This document shows, one piece after another, positions 7,765 through 16,162 of a stretch of 64,000 nt of DNA. Below the pieces are notes generated by a model, which worked only from the letters and a program-made list of their open reading frames with translations, was not told the origin of the DNA and did not search any database. Position 1 is the stretch's first letter. Each line of letters starts with the position of its first letter. Source of the DNA: an uncultured virus (IMG/VR IMGVR_UViG_3300020162_002069) (lineage: Duplodnaviria; Heunggongvirae; Uroviricota; Caudoviricetes); the IMG/VR virus record IMGVR_UViG_3300020162_002069; one strand, given 5' to 3'. A program made the position numbers and the translations under genes.

Positions 7765-8668
7765 CTAGTCCCTCACTTTTCAGTCTATTGTAATTATAAC
7801 ATCCATCAAAATTAACTTGGATTTTAGGGGTTTTATTATAATTAAAAAGCAAGAGTTCTTTACGTTGTTTTTGATCTCGCATATATTCACCAACAGAACG
7901 CATCGTATAAGTTAAATCAAACTCACCAGTATTCCAGTTCTTAAACCTATCCTTCACAAGTTGATCTGAATTATAACTTACTAATTGATCCATATTATTA
8001 GAATCGCAATCAGAAGCAAACTTATCGTGATCAAATCCTTTGTGCATTGATCCTTTTCTCCCATAGAGATTATCCTTAATGTCATAAGGAGGATCGAGAT
8101 ACATAAAAGCACCTTTGTTTCCATCCATCAGGTAATCATAGGAATAATTAGTTATACGCCATTTGGAGATAAGTTTAGAATACTCAGGCAACTTTTCAAT
8201 TCCGCGCATTGAGAAGTTGCCGTTGGATGCTTGAGCAGAGAAAGAAGAACTCTCCGTGAGTCCACTGAAAGAACACTTATTGATAATATAAAAATCAACA
8301 GCACGATCAAGATTTGAACGACCTTCTTCGTGCAATTTATCCTTACAATAAAGAAATAGATCTCTTGCTAATTCTGGTTTATTGTTTGCTAATTTTATTC
8401 CTTCAAGATTATCTTTTAGATCTGTTCCAAACATTTGAAGAACTTGCCAGAAATTTACCAAAGGTTCATAAAGATCATTCACCCAAATATTCAGGTTGGG
8501 ATATTTTTTAGTAATGTGAATTGCTACAGAACCACCACCAAGAAATGGTTCACGAAACTCATCATAATTACGAAGATCTGGAAAGTATGGGTCCATTTTG
8601 GGGCAAGCACGGGACTTACCTCCAGGATATCTTAAACAGGTTTTTAGTTGCTTTTGACTAATTGACAT
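7751..8668 (-). CDS. dam: DNA adenine methyltransferase (Dam/D12 class)
   Basis: RYPGGKS, EPFLGGGSV (motif I), YLDPPY (motif IV). Confidence 0.9.
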   Translation of the reverse strand: MSISQKQLKTCLRYPGGKSRACPKMDPYFPDLRNYDEFREPFLGGGSVAIHITKKYPNLNIWVNDLYEPLVNFWQVLQMFGTDLKDNLEGIKLANNKPELARDLFLYCKDKLHEEGRSNLDRAVDFYIINKCSFSGLTESSSFSAQASNGNFSMRGIEKLPEYSKLISKWRITNYSYDYLMDGNKGAFMYLDPPYDIKDNLYGRKGSMHKGFDHDKFASDCDSNNMDQLVSYNSDQLVKDRFKNWNTGEFDLTYTMRSVGEYMRDQKQRKELLLFNYNKTPKIQVNFDGCYNYNRLKSEGLVDDL

Positions 8669-8693
8669 TCAATTTCTCCATAATCATTTCATA

Positions 8694-9332
8694 TTATTTC
8701 ATGAATGAAGTTACGTCTGGAATTTCATATTTTGATGAAGCAGATTCTTCATTTTTATTATTATAGTCCTCATCCAAATTCATTAATGTTTTTTTATTAA
8801 ATTTTTTTTTATATCTTTTCAATTCCAAACGTTCATATGTGCGTACCCAGTTTTTATGCATTAATTCTGGAAAATTTATCGGAATTGGAAGAAATCCAAC
8901 CCACAAAGGTTTTCCTGTGAATGTTCCATTTAGAACATCAAAACCAAGACCATACTTATCTTCAAATAATTGATATTTCTCCGTTTCATCTGAAGAAACT
9001 TTAGCAGTTCCATTAAAACGATCACGATGATGAATGATTCTTTTATTCAAATATGATGTTTTTCTGGGTAATTTTTTTTCTCCATTTTTCTTGTCATAAT
9101 ACCATCCTATCGATTCCCCAATATAAACTACTTCTTGAAAATCTGAAGCAAGTTGATTCTCTTTTGGTTGAGTTTCATTAAAAACAAACCCATAGACGGA
9201 TCCACCATGAGTTAATCCAATTGTATTAGAAATTTTATAATGTTCTAACACTTTAATCCAATAAACTTTTTCTACCATATATTCGTTTTGTTCTTCCACA
9301 AGAAGATCAATATGGGGAGATAAAATGTTCAT
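8694..9332 (-). CDS. Hypothetical protein, possible degenerate GIY-YIG endonuclease
   Basis: GSVYG...VVYIGES...KRIIHH, later E and terminal N (YERLE..LMN); inserted between gp44 and dam. Confidence 0.5.
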   Translation of the reverse strand: MNILSPHIDLLVEEQNEYMVEKVYWIKVLEHYKISNTIGLTHGGSVYGFVFNETQPKENQLASDFQEVVYIGESIGWYYDKKNGEKKLPRKTSYLNKRIIHHRDRFNGTAKVSSDETEKYQLFEDKYGLGFDVLNGTFTGKPLWVGFLPIPINFPELMHKNWVRTYERLELKRYKKKFNKKTLMNLDEDYNNKNEESASSKYEIPDVTSFMK

Positions 9333-10273
9333 TTAAACTCAACCTCACACATAATTTCAGTAAGAGCAGCAAGAAGATTGATTTCTTGATCGGCAACAAA
9401 ACTTCCCTGATATTGATACTTAGCAATAATCAAAACAGCAGAAGGAATAGAAGCAGGTACTAAAACATCATAAAGGGCATCATAAACCCTACGAAGAATA
9501 ACAGAAGAGTCATTATCAAGATTAGAAACAACCCATTTGCGAACTTCCGTAAAGTTTTTCTCTTTGAGATATTTAAGGAGATCATTTACAGATACGTCAG
9601 AGAACGAGGCAAGAATACCAGCATCAATTTTTCCACTTGTAGAATAACGTTGACATTCATTTAGAACTCTTCGGAAATCTGGAAAGTGCTTGGATACAAG
9701 TTCTGCAAGAACCTTTTGATCATACTCAACCTTCTCAACATCCAAGATTGTTTGAAGTCTTTTGAAGAATGCTCCTGCGAGTTGTGCTTTTTGCTTTCCT
9801 TTAATAGTGAAGTCAATACAAGCACAACGAGAATGTAGTGGTTCAATAATCTTGTTCTTGTAGTTGCAGGTAAAGATAAATCGGCAGTTATTGTAAAATG
9901 CCTCAATATTTGCACGTAGAAGCATCTGAACATCATTGCCAGTATTATCTGCTTCGTCAATAATAATGACTTTATGTTTAGAAGAACCAGTTAGAGATAC
10001 AGTAGACGCAAAGTTCTTTGCTTGGTTTCGTACAGTATCCAGAAAACGTCCTTCATCGGATCCATTAATGATATAGTAGTCAGCACCAAGTTCATTACAG
10101 AGTGCTTTTGCAATGGTTGTTTTACCAATACCAGGAGGACCAGAGAGGAGTAGATTTGGAATCTCACCCTTCTCTACAAACTCTTTAAACGTTTTTTTAG
10201 TATCATCAGGAAGAATACAATCATCAATTACTTGAGGACGGTACTTTTCACAGAAAAGGAATTCACTTGTCAT
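9329..10273 (-). CDS. gp44: Clamp loader large subunit (AAA+)
   Basis: EKYRP, GPPGIGKTT, IIIDEAD, PLHSRC. Confidence 0.95.
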   Translation of the reverse strand: MTSEFLFCEKYRPQVIDDCILPDDTKKTFKEFVEKGEIPNLLLSGPPGIGKTTIAKALCNELGADYYIINGSDEGRFLDTVRNQAKNFASTVSLTGSSKHKVIIIDEADNTGNDVQMLLRANIEAFYNNCRFIFTCNYKNKIIEPLHSRCACIDFTIKGKQKAQLAGAFFKRLQTILDVEKVEYDQKVLAELVSKHFPDFRRVLNECQRYSTSGKIDAGILASFSDVSVNDLLKYLKEKNFTEVRKWVVSNLDNDSSVILRRVYDALYDVLVPASIPSAVLIIAKYQYQGSFVADQEINLLAALTEIMCEVEFK

Positions 10274-10279
10274 AATAAA

Positions 10280-10792
10280 TTAAATCCACGAGGGTTTTCT
10301 TTGAGGTAGGCGAAGATAATTATCCTTTACCCAAGGTTTAGATGCAATATACCTTTTATAAGCAGTAAAGGTATCAATCGTATCATCATGCTTCCATTCT
10401 TCAGGCATAGCACGAACAAATGGAGTTACATTAGTCAACTTACCTTTAGGGAAAAGATAGTATGCATCCACAAGAGTATTATAACACGAATGAACCTTAC
10501 CATACCGTAAGGTGTATTCATCACACAAGTTCATACCCCACTTGATTAACCAATAAGCATTATCAATAGTCTTTGATGCCCATTGGGTGCAGGGGTGATT
10601 ACGGAAAGCACCTTTCTCGGTCTTGTAGGGGGTTCCATCGGTCTTGGAGAGGGTTCCGTACCCGTGACCCCATTTCTCTGATGCCACGATAGAAAGCATT
10701 TGGCAGCACTCTAGAGGCATTTTTACTATATGTTTGTCAGGAAGTACGATGGCACTCTCTGCAGGAAATTCATTTGTAACAAAAATATTCAT
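10280..10792 (-). CDS. Pyrimidine-dimer DNA glycosylase-like protein
   Basis: MNIF..., DKHIVKMPLECCQMLS, NHPCTQW, EYTLRYGKVH, AMPEE motifs of the DenV-related family. Confidence 0.7.
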   Translation of the reverse strand: MNIFVTNEFPAESAIVLPDKHIVKMPLECCQMLSIVASEKWGHGYGTLSKTDGTPYKTEKGAFRNHPCTQWASKTIDNAYWLIKWGMNLCDEYTLRYGKVHSCYNTLVDAYYLFPKGKLTNVTPFVRAMPEEWKHDDTIDTFTAYKRYIASKPWVKDNYLRLPQRKPSWI

Positions 10793-10810
10793 AATAAAGT
10801 AATGTTATAA

Positions 10811-11476
10811 TCACTCAAAAGTGCTATCAGGTTCCATCGCAATATAGTACGTAACACTAAACCCAGTATTCTTAAAACGTGAAAGAAGTTTTTGTGAGAT
10901 GACTACTTCATAATTACCAGGAATAATCTTGATATTCTCTACCTTAAAGTTAAAGGTGAATACATCATCAGTCTCACCAACAACAATGGAGAAGTCGTTA
11001 GATGTATCATTCTTTTTATCACGAACAACCAGTTTCACTACACCCGCTTCACCAACAACAGAAAGGTCTGGAAGTTGATATACAGCAGCTGCTTTGAGAA
11101 GTTTATCAAGTTCTTTGGTATCAAGAACAAAACAAACATCTTCAGAAGGAAGAGAAATTGACTTATCAGGAGGAGTAACGATTACATTTGGGTCTGCAAA
11201 GAAATATTTGGAACGAGACCGACCTTCTTTAATAACAACATAGTTATCATTTACAAAGTCGAGTTCTGCATTTTGATGCAAATTGAGTCCATTTAGAAAC
11301 TGGTTAAGATCATAGATACCAAAGTCTTTAGGAAGTTCTTCTTCAATTGTTGCTTCTGCAAGTATGTTCTTCATGACAGAAATAGTGCGTAGCGAATTTC
11401 CTTCTTTAAACAGAATAGACTGATTGATAGAAGAGAAGTTCTTAAGAAGAGTTAGAGTTTTGTCAGAGAGTTTCAT
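10811..11476 (-). CDS. gp45: Sliding clamp
   Basis: MKLSDKTLTLLKNFSSINQSI, FGIYDLNQFL, YYIAME. Confidence 0.95.
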   Translation of the reverse strand: MKLSDKTLTLLKNFSSINQSILFKEGNSLRTISVMKNILAEATIEEELPKDFGIYDLNQFLNGLNLHQNAELDFVNDNYVVIKEGRSRSKYFFADPNVIVTPPDKSISLPSEDVCFVLDTKELDKLLKAAAVYQLPDLSVVGEAGVVKLVVRDKKNDTSNDFSIVVGETDDVFTFNFKVENIKIIPGNYEVVISQKLLSRFKNTGFSVTYYIAMEPDSTFE

Positions 11477-11481
11477 TATAA

Positions 11482-11877
11482 TCAGCGGGTGAATTCAGTA
11501 AGTCCATTATCTTTGCGAGTATAATGCCCGTCAAAGTGAAGAAGTAGCATAGCATAATGAATGACTTTCATCAAGTCACGCTTATTACGACCATCCTTGT
11601 CTCCATATCGAGAACCATATTTGAGGATGTTTGCCTGACAGAAACCTGCTGCCAGTCTTTTTGCTGCCATCAGGTCAATAGTCTGGATGTCGGCATAACC
11701 ATCACTATCACCACAATAATGTCCGTGATAGGTAGTAGTCACATAATCTTCAACATCTTTAAGGATTTTATCTTCGTTGTATTTCCAAAGATGATTTGGA
11801 GTTTCTTTCATATCAATAGTAAAGTTTGAAATAGTATCAAGCATAAAAAGAGAAGACACTTTTATTACCTGTTCCAA
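11482..11877 (-). CDS. DUF3310-like conserved phage protein
   Basis: HY...QTID...FCQANILKYGSRYGDKDG..DLMKVIHY pattern; the true start may be ATG 11844. Confidence 0.7.
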   Translation of the reverse strand: MEQVIKVSSLFMLDTISNFTIDMKETPNHLWKYNEDKILKDVEDYVTTTYHGHYCGDSDGYADIQTIDLMAAKRLAAGFCQANILKYGSRYGDKDGRNKRDLMKVIHYAMLLLHFDGHYTRKDNGLTEFTR

Positions 11878-11882
11878 TTATA

Positions 11883-13022
11883 TCAGAAAGGAAGGTTGAT
11901 GTCAATCTCCTTACCAACCTCAATGGTCAGTTCAGGAGTTTCTGAAGGCATTACAAAATCAACATCAATCTTATCATAAAGTTCCAGGAATGCTTGTTTG
12001 GTTTCATCATCAAAACGATTTACACAAACTTGAATTGCCTTTGCTTTATCTTGAAAGATGCTGTAAGCACGAATGATATGGACCAAACGACGAGTACTGA
12101 TAATTTCCTCAATACCACCATCATAGAAGGTCTTACGGATTACATCACCCCAATCAACAAGACGCTTACAGAACTCACGATCCTCCACACCAAGGTCCAG
12201 AGCGACTCCCTCAAGAATCCTTTGTTCAGTAATAGGAGCAGGATATGACTGCTCAAACGTCACAGGAAACCGCTCTAGGAACGCCTCATTGAGCACGTTG
12301 GTGCCTATGAACCTACCATCCTCACTACCCTTACCTTTGGTGTTTGCAGTGGCGATTACGTTGAACCCAGGAGTAGGTTTTACGAAACGACCAATCTTTT
12401 TAAGGAAGACACCCTTACCTTCTAGGACGGATTGAAGGCAGAGGATTTTATTAGATGCAAGATCAATCTCATCGAGAAGTAGGATTGCGCCACGTTCGAG
12501 TGCTTCAATGACGGGTCCATTGTGCCATGCTGTTTCGCCATTAACAAGGCGAAAACCCCCAATAAGATCATCTTCATCAGTTTCTACTGTAACATTTACA
12601 CGAATAAGTTCACGCTTAAGTTGAGAACACGCTTGCTCCACACTGAACGTTTTACCGTTACCCGACAAACCCGTAATAAATGCAGGATAAAAAATACGGG
12701 ACTGAATAATTTTTTTAATATCGTTAAAGTTACCAAACTTGACGAAGGTATCATCTTTATCAGGAATAAGGTTTTGCTGATGTTCAGGAAGAACTGCGAC
12801 TTGATTAAAAGAACGTTCGATTTCTTCTACCTTTTGTTGAGTGACTTCCAAGTTCCAACGACCACGACTGACTTTGAATTCTTCAATCTTATTGGTTACA
12901 GTTTGATAGTTAGCTCCGTTAGCAGCACACCAACCTTTAATATCGGCAGCAGTAACATTAGTTCCAAAAAGTGCTTTAAGAGAAGATGTGATATAATCAG
13001 TGCTCATTTTGGTGCGGGTCAT
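11883..13022 (-). CDS. cobS: CobS-like MoxR-type AAA+ ATPase
   Basis: GLSGNGKT, DEDDLIGG, LLLDEID, ATANTKG, AFLERF, ISTRRL; ATG 13022 lies downstream of the -10 box. Confidence 0.9.
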   Translation of the reverse strand: MTRTKMSTDYITSSLKALFGTNVTAADIKGWCAANGANYQTVTNKIEEFKVSRGRWNLEVTQQKVEEIERSFNQVAVLPEHQQNLIPDKDDTFVKFGNFNDIKKIIQSRIFYPAFITGLSGNGKTFSVEQACSQLKRELIRVNVTVETDEDDLIGGFRLVNGETAWHNGPVIEALERGAILLLDEIDLASNKILCLQSVLEGKGVFLKKIGRFVKPTPGFNVIATANTKGKGSEDGRFIGTNVLNEAFLERFPVTFEQSYPAPITEQRILEGVALDLGVEDREFCKRLVDWGDVIRKTFYDGGIEEIISTRRLVHIIRAYSIFQDKAKAIQVCVNRFDDETKQAFLELYDKIDVDFVMPSETPELTIEVGKEIDINLPF

Positions 13023-13051
13023 AATGTGAGTGGTTTGTTTCAACTGTAGTC

Positions 13052-13106
13052 ATTATAGAGCAAAAAGGAGTGCTCCAGATCCCTGGGTGGTCAGTTGCTG
13101 AACTGG
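13052..13106 (-). promoter_or_regulatory. Promoter with upstream CCAGTT-N4-AACTGA box (cobS)
   Basis: TATAAT at 13057-13052, no recognisable -35, near-palindromic box 33 nt upstream. Confidence 0.55.
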
Positions 13107-13303
13107 TCTCTCAACTTTTCCAGATGTTCCATGCTTACAAGTTTTCCAGTGTATCCAGGATAATATTGTTTTACAATCGCAGGAATACCCATAGCAGTAA
13201 TTGCACTACTACACTTCAAATAAACAATTTGATTTTGATGATCAACTACGAAAGGCATTCCCCATAATTTGTTTTCATTTACTTTTTTTTTAAACATACT
13301 CAA
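13091..13303 (-). CDS. Hypothetical protein (70 aa)
   Basis: Operon-strand ORF overlapping the upstream stop by 4 nt. Confidence 0.65.
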   Translation of the reverse strand: MSMFKKKVNENKLWGMPFVVDHQNQIVYLKCSSAITAMGIPAIVKQYYPGYTGKLVSMEHLEKLRDQFSN

Positions 13304-13812
13304 TCCTCAACAGTAAATGTTTTGTTTTTAACTCTTGTATCAAACTCACCAGTTCTACCAGGTTTCATTTTACCTATTTTAACATTCTTTCCTTCTCCAG
13401 GCCAAGAGGTCTTTGAAGTTCCTTTAAGTGTAGCAGATCCGCCTGGTTTTCTTTGAACCAATACGGAATCTTGATCATACTTTTTACCAAGTTTTCCAAT
13501 TACCTTTTTAAACGCTCTCTTACCTTTTTTACCTGGAGTAATGATGTGAGATTTTTCTCCTACTTTTTTTTCGTCAGGTGTTCCTGGGTTTTCAGTATAT
13601 CTTCCAGATACTTTTGTTGGACCGGGAAGACCAGCACCTCTTATATCCTTTTCAAGTTGTTTAGAACGTGCTTTGTTTTCTGTTTTGGATTTATCCCCCC
13701 TTTGAGCAGACATAATCGCCATTCCACCTTTTTGAGATTTACTCATCACACGAGTAAGAGAAGTTTCCTGGAGAGAAGAACATTCTACCATAAATTCCTG
13801 AAAGGTCTTCAT
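13300..13812 (-). CDS. Basic protein with a T4-like capsid-targeting sequence (putative internal head protein)
   Basis: N-terminus MKTFQEFMVE resembles the T4 internal-protein signal MKTYQEFIAE; ATAAATA late promoter at 13838-13832. Confidence 0.65.
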   Translation of the reverse strand: MKTFQEFMVECSSLQETSLTRVMSKSQKGGMAIMSAQRGDKSKTENKARSKQLEKDIRGAGLPGPTKVSGRYTENPGTPDEKKVGEKSHIITPGKKGKRAFKKVIGKLGKKYDQDSVLVQRKPGGSATLKGTSKTSWPGEGKNVKIGKMKPGRTGEFDTRVKNKTFTVED

Positions 13813-13837
13813 TTTTATACCACTTTTTAGTTATTTA

Positions 13838-15982
13838 TTAAGCAATTAATGTTACAAACTCACCAAGAACTTTTTTATTGAGTTTCTTTATTTTAAGAGA
13901 CTTTGCAAAAGCAGATTTGATTTGTGATTTTGTTGCATCTTCAGCAACCTCAAACTCCGCATCTTGAGACAGAGCAGATGAAGAGAGACCAAAGTAAGCA
14001 TCATATCCAGAGTTGGTAATCGTAAAACTCTTCAGTTTCTTCCAATCATTTTGGATTTTTACATAATTTTTATCACTGGGAGAATGGTAGAGATTAATAA
14101 ACCGATGTGCATCACGACCAGGAAGAACACGAATACCAATAAAGTTTACTGAAGAAAACTTGTCCTTAAGATTGCGAAGAAGAGTATCAGTGAATTCGTG
14201 ATAACCATATCCAAACATATAGGTAGTTCCAAGTTTCCTATCACGCAAAAAGGTCTTTTGAGGAGAAACACTATTAAGACCAATATAAGTTTCCTTGTCC
14301 CAAGCACGTTTTATTTCAACGTGGTAGGGAATGTGACTTGCTTCACCATCAGTAAGAACAATACACTGAACCTTTTGGAGTTTATTTTCCTTTTGAAACT
14401 TAGGAAGAATTTGGTGAAGACTAATTAATGCTTCATTCAAGGGAGTTCCAGAGAGGCACAGACGACTTGGATGAGTATATCCGCAAGTGTAGGTGTTTCC
14501 AAAACAAACAGCAAGACGCCAAATATTAAGCATTTGATGTTCTAGAACACTTTGAGAAACTTTACTGGTGAGCAAGTTCATTAATGAAAAACCCTCATCT
14601 ACTTGAATAAGTCCTTCCCTCTTTTGATAGTGTGGAGTTCTATCGGCAGCCAAAAACTTACCAGTTTCGTAGTCATACTCAGGACGACGCCACTCATTAG
14701 TAAATGCATAAACCTCAAAAGGAATAGAAACTTTTTTACAGAACCAAACCAAATTGAAGAGTTGTTTACAAGTATCTAACATTACACTCGCCATTGAACC
14801 ACTCCAATCAAGAATGAATACTAATCCGTGATTTTTACCATCAGGAATTACAGTAACTTTCTTGAAAAGGTCCTCATTAAACTTATAAGAATGCAGTCGG
14901 GCAGTATCAAGAGTACCTGTGCGGGCAGTAGAAGCACGAGCATAACTATCTGCTGCTTTACGACACTCAAACTCTTTTACCAGGTAGTTAACTTCCTTTT
15001 GAGCAGAAACTTTAAACTTTTTAAACTGCAAGTCTACATCTTCAAAAAGTTTTTCCCCCGGACGATTGTCTTGCTGAAATTTAAAGGAAGCATCAATATC
15101 TTTATGAACATCAAAGTTCTTGCCGATTAGAGTATTAAGATTTACTTGAGGTACTTCAACATAAACATTTTCATTCCCATCAACGTTTACAAGGTCTCTA
15201 ATTTTACTTTCCAAACTATCAACTGTGCGAACTTCTGGGTCCTCCTGCTGATTAGAACTTTGAGGAATTTGATCTCCCTGAGCAGTTCCACCATAAGACT
15301 CATCGGATGGTTGCTCTGATTGAGAGTTATCACTACCTTCTTCCTGATCATCTGAGGAGTCATTGCTCTCCAAGATTTCATTTGCAGGGGACTGAGAATC
15401 TCCTTGAGTCTCTTGAGAGTTATCTTGTTGTTCTTTCTCTTTTTTACAGTAGTTATAAAGTTCTTTTGCTGCAAATAGAGCATCAGCAAAAGTTTCTGTT
15501 GCAGCAATCAAATTAACAATCTCCATTTCTTCTGGATTAAAGTCCAGAGGAATAAAGTTGCCTACTTTAAAATAAAGATTTGTGCGATCAGCAAGATTCA
15601 TAATGGAAACATCTTCATCTACAATTTGAAAGAAATCATCCTCGTGCAGTTCTTTATATCCATTATAAAAAGTCTTCGCAAGTCCAGCATACTTACGTTT
15701 CATCAATTTTTCTACACGAGCATCCTCAACTATGTTCACAAACTGTTGAGGAATCTTATGTTCTTCCATCCAATCAATATCATCAGTGAAAAGAGAATGT
15801 CCGCATTCGTGGGCAACGAGCAAGTCATATACAACGTTAGATGCGCGTTCCCACAAAGGAAGAGTAAGAACCCGAGTATGAACATTAAAGCAAGCAGTTT
15901 CTACTTTCTTATGCTCAACAACAAGGTCTTCAGTAGCAAGCAGTTTTGCAAGTTGAGACTTGATTTCGTGACGGACGGACAT
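13838..15982 (-). CDS. CobT-like protein (HExxH region, acidic linker, VWA domain)
   Basis: AHECGH, NIVEDARVE, acidic linker, MIDAS FILDWSGSM, GTPLNE, VLTDGE; likely start MSVRHEIK at 15982. Confidence 0.85.
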   Translation of the reverse strand: MSVRHEIKSQLAKLLATEDLVVEHKKVETACFNVHTRVLTLPLWERASNVVYDLLVAHECGHSLFTDDIDWMEEHKIPQQFVNIVEDARVEKLMKRKYAGLAKTFYNGYKELHEDDFFQIVDEDVSIMNLADRTNLYFKVGNFIPLDFNPEEMEIVNLIAATETFADALFAAKELYNYCKKEKEQQDNSQETQGDSQSPANEILESNDSSDDQEEGSDNSQSEQPSDESYGGTAQGDQIPQSSNQQEDPEVRTVDSLESKIRDLVNVDGNENVYVEVPQVNLNTLIGKNFDVHKDIDASFKFQQDNRPGEKLFEDVDLQFKKFKVSAQKEVNYLVKEFECRKAADSYARASTARTGTLDTARLHSYKFNEDLFKKVTVIPDGKNHGLVFILDWSGSMASVMLDTCKQLFNLVWFCKKVSIPFEVYAFTNEWRRPEYDYETGKFLAADRTPHYQKREGLIQVDEGFSLMNLLTSKVSQSVLEHQMLNIWRLAVCFGNTYTCGYTHPSRLCLSGTPLNEALISLHQILPKFQKENKLQKVQCIVLTDGEASHIPYHVEIKRAWDKETYIGLNSVSPQKTFLRDRKLGTTYMFGYGYHEFTDTLLRNLKDKFSSVNFIGIRVLPGRDAHRFINLYHSPSDKNYVKIQNDWKKLKSFTITNSGYDAYFGLSSSALSQDAEFEVAEDATKSQIKSAFAKSLKIKKLNKKVLGEFVTLIA

Positions 15983-16151
15983 CGGTTTCGTTTCGTATGA
16001 ACGTATCATAAAACGAAAGGTCGCCTTTTGGACGACCAGTGTGACGATTTTTAAACTGGGCAAGACGTGCTTTTGCTTGTCGCAGTGCTTGCGGTTTAAG
16101 TTTTCTTTTTTGCTCCTTTCGGGAGTGGTGCTTCCAGTTTGGTACTTGCAT
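15930..16151 (-). CDS. Small basic hypothetical protein
   Basis: PNWKHHSRKEQKRKLKPQALRQAK; lies directly downstream of gp46. Confidence 0.6.
   Translation of the reverse strand: MQVPNWKHHSRKEQKRKLKPQALRQAKARLAQFKNRHTGRPKGDLSFYDTFIRNETDVRPSRNQVSTCKTACY
16005..16059 (-). promoter_or_regulatory. Promoter with upstream CCAGTT-N4-AATCGT box (cobT-like)
   Basis: TATGAT at 16010-16005; CCAGTT box at the same spacing as in the cobS promoter. Confidence 0.45.
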
Positions 16152-16162
16152 TGTTCTTGTCC

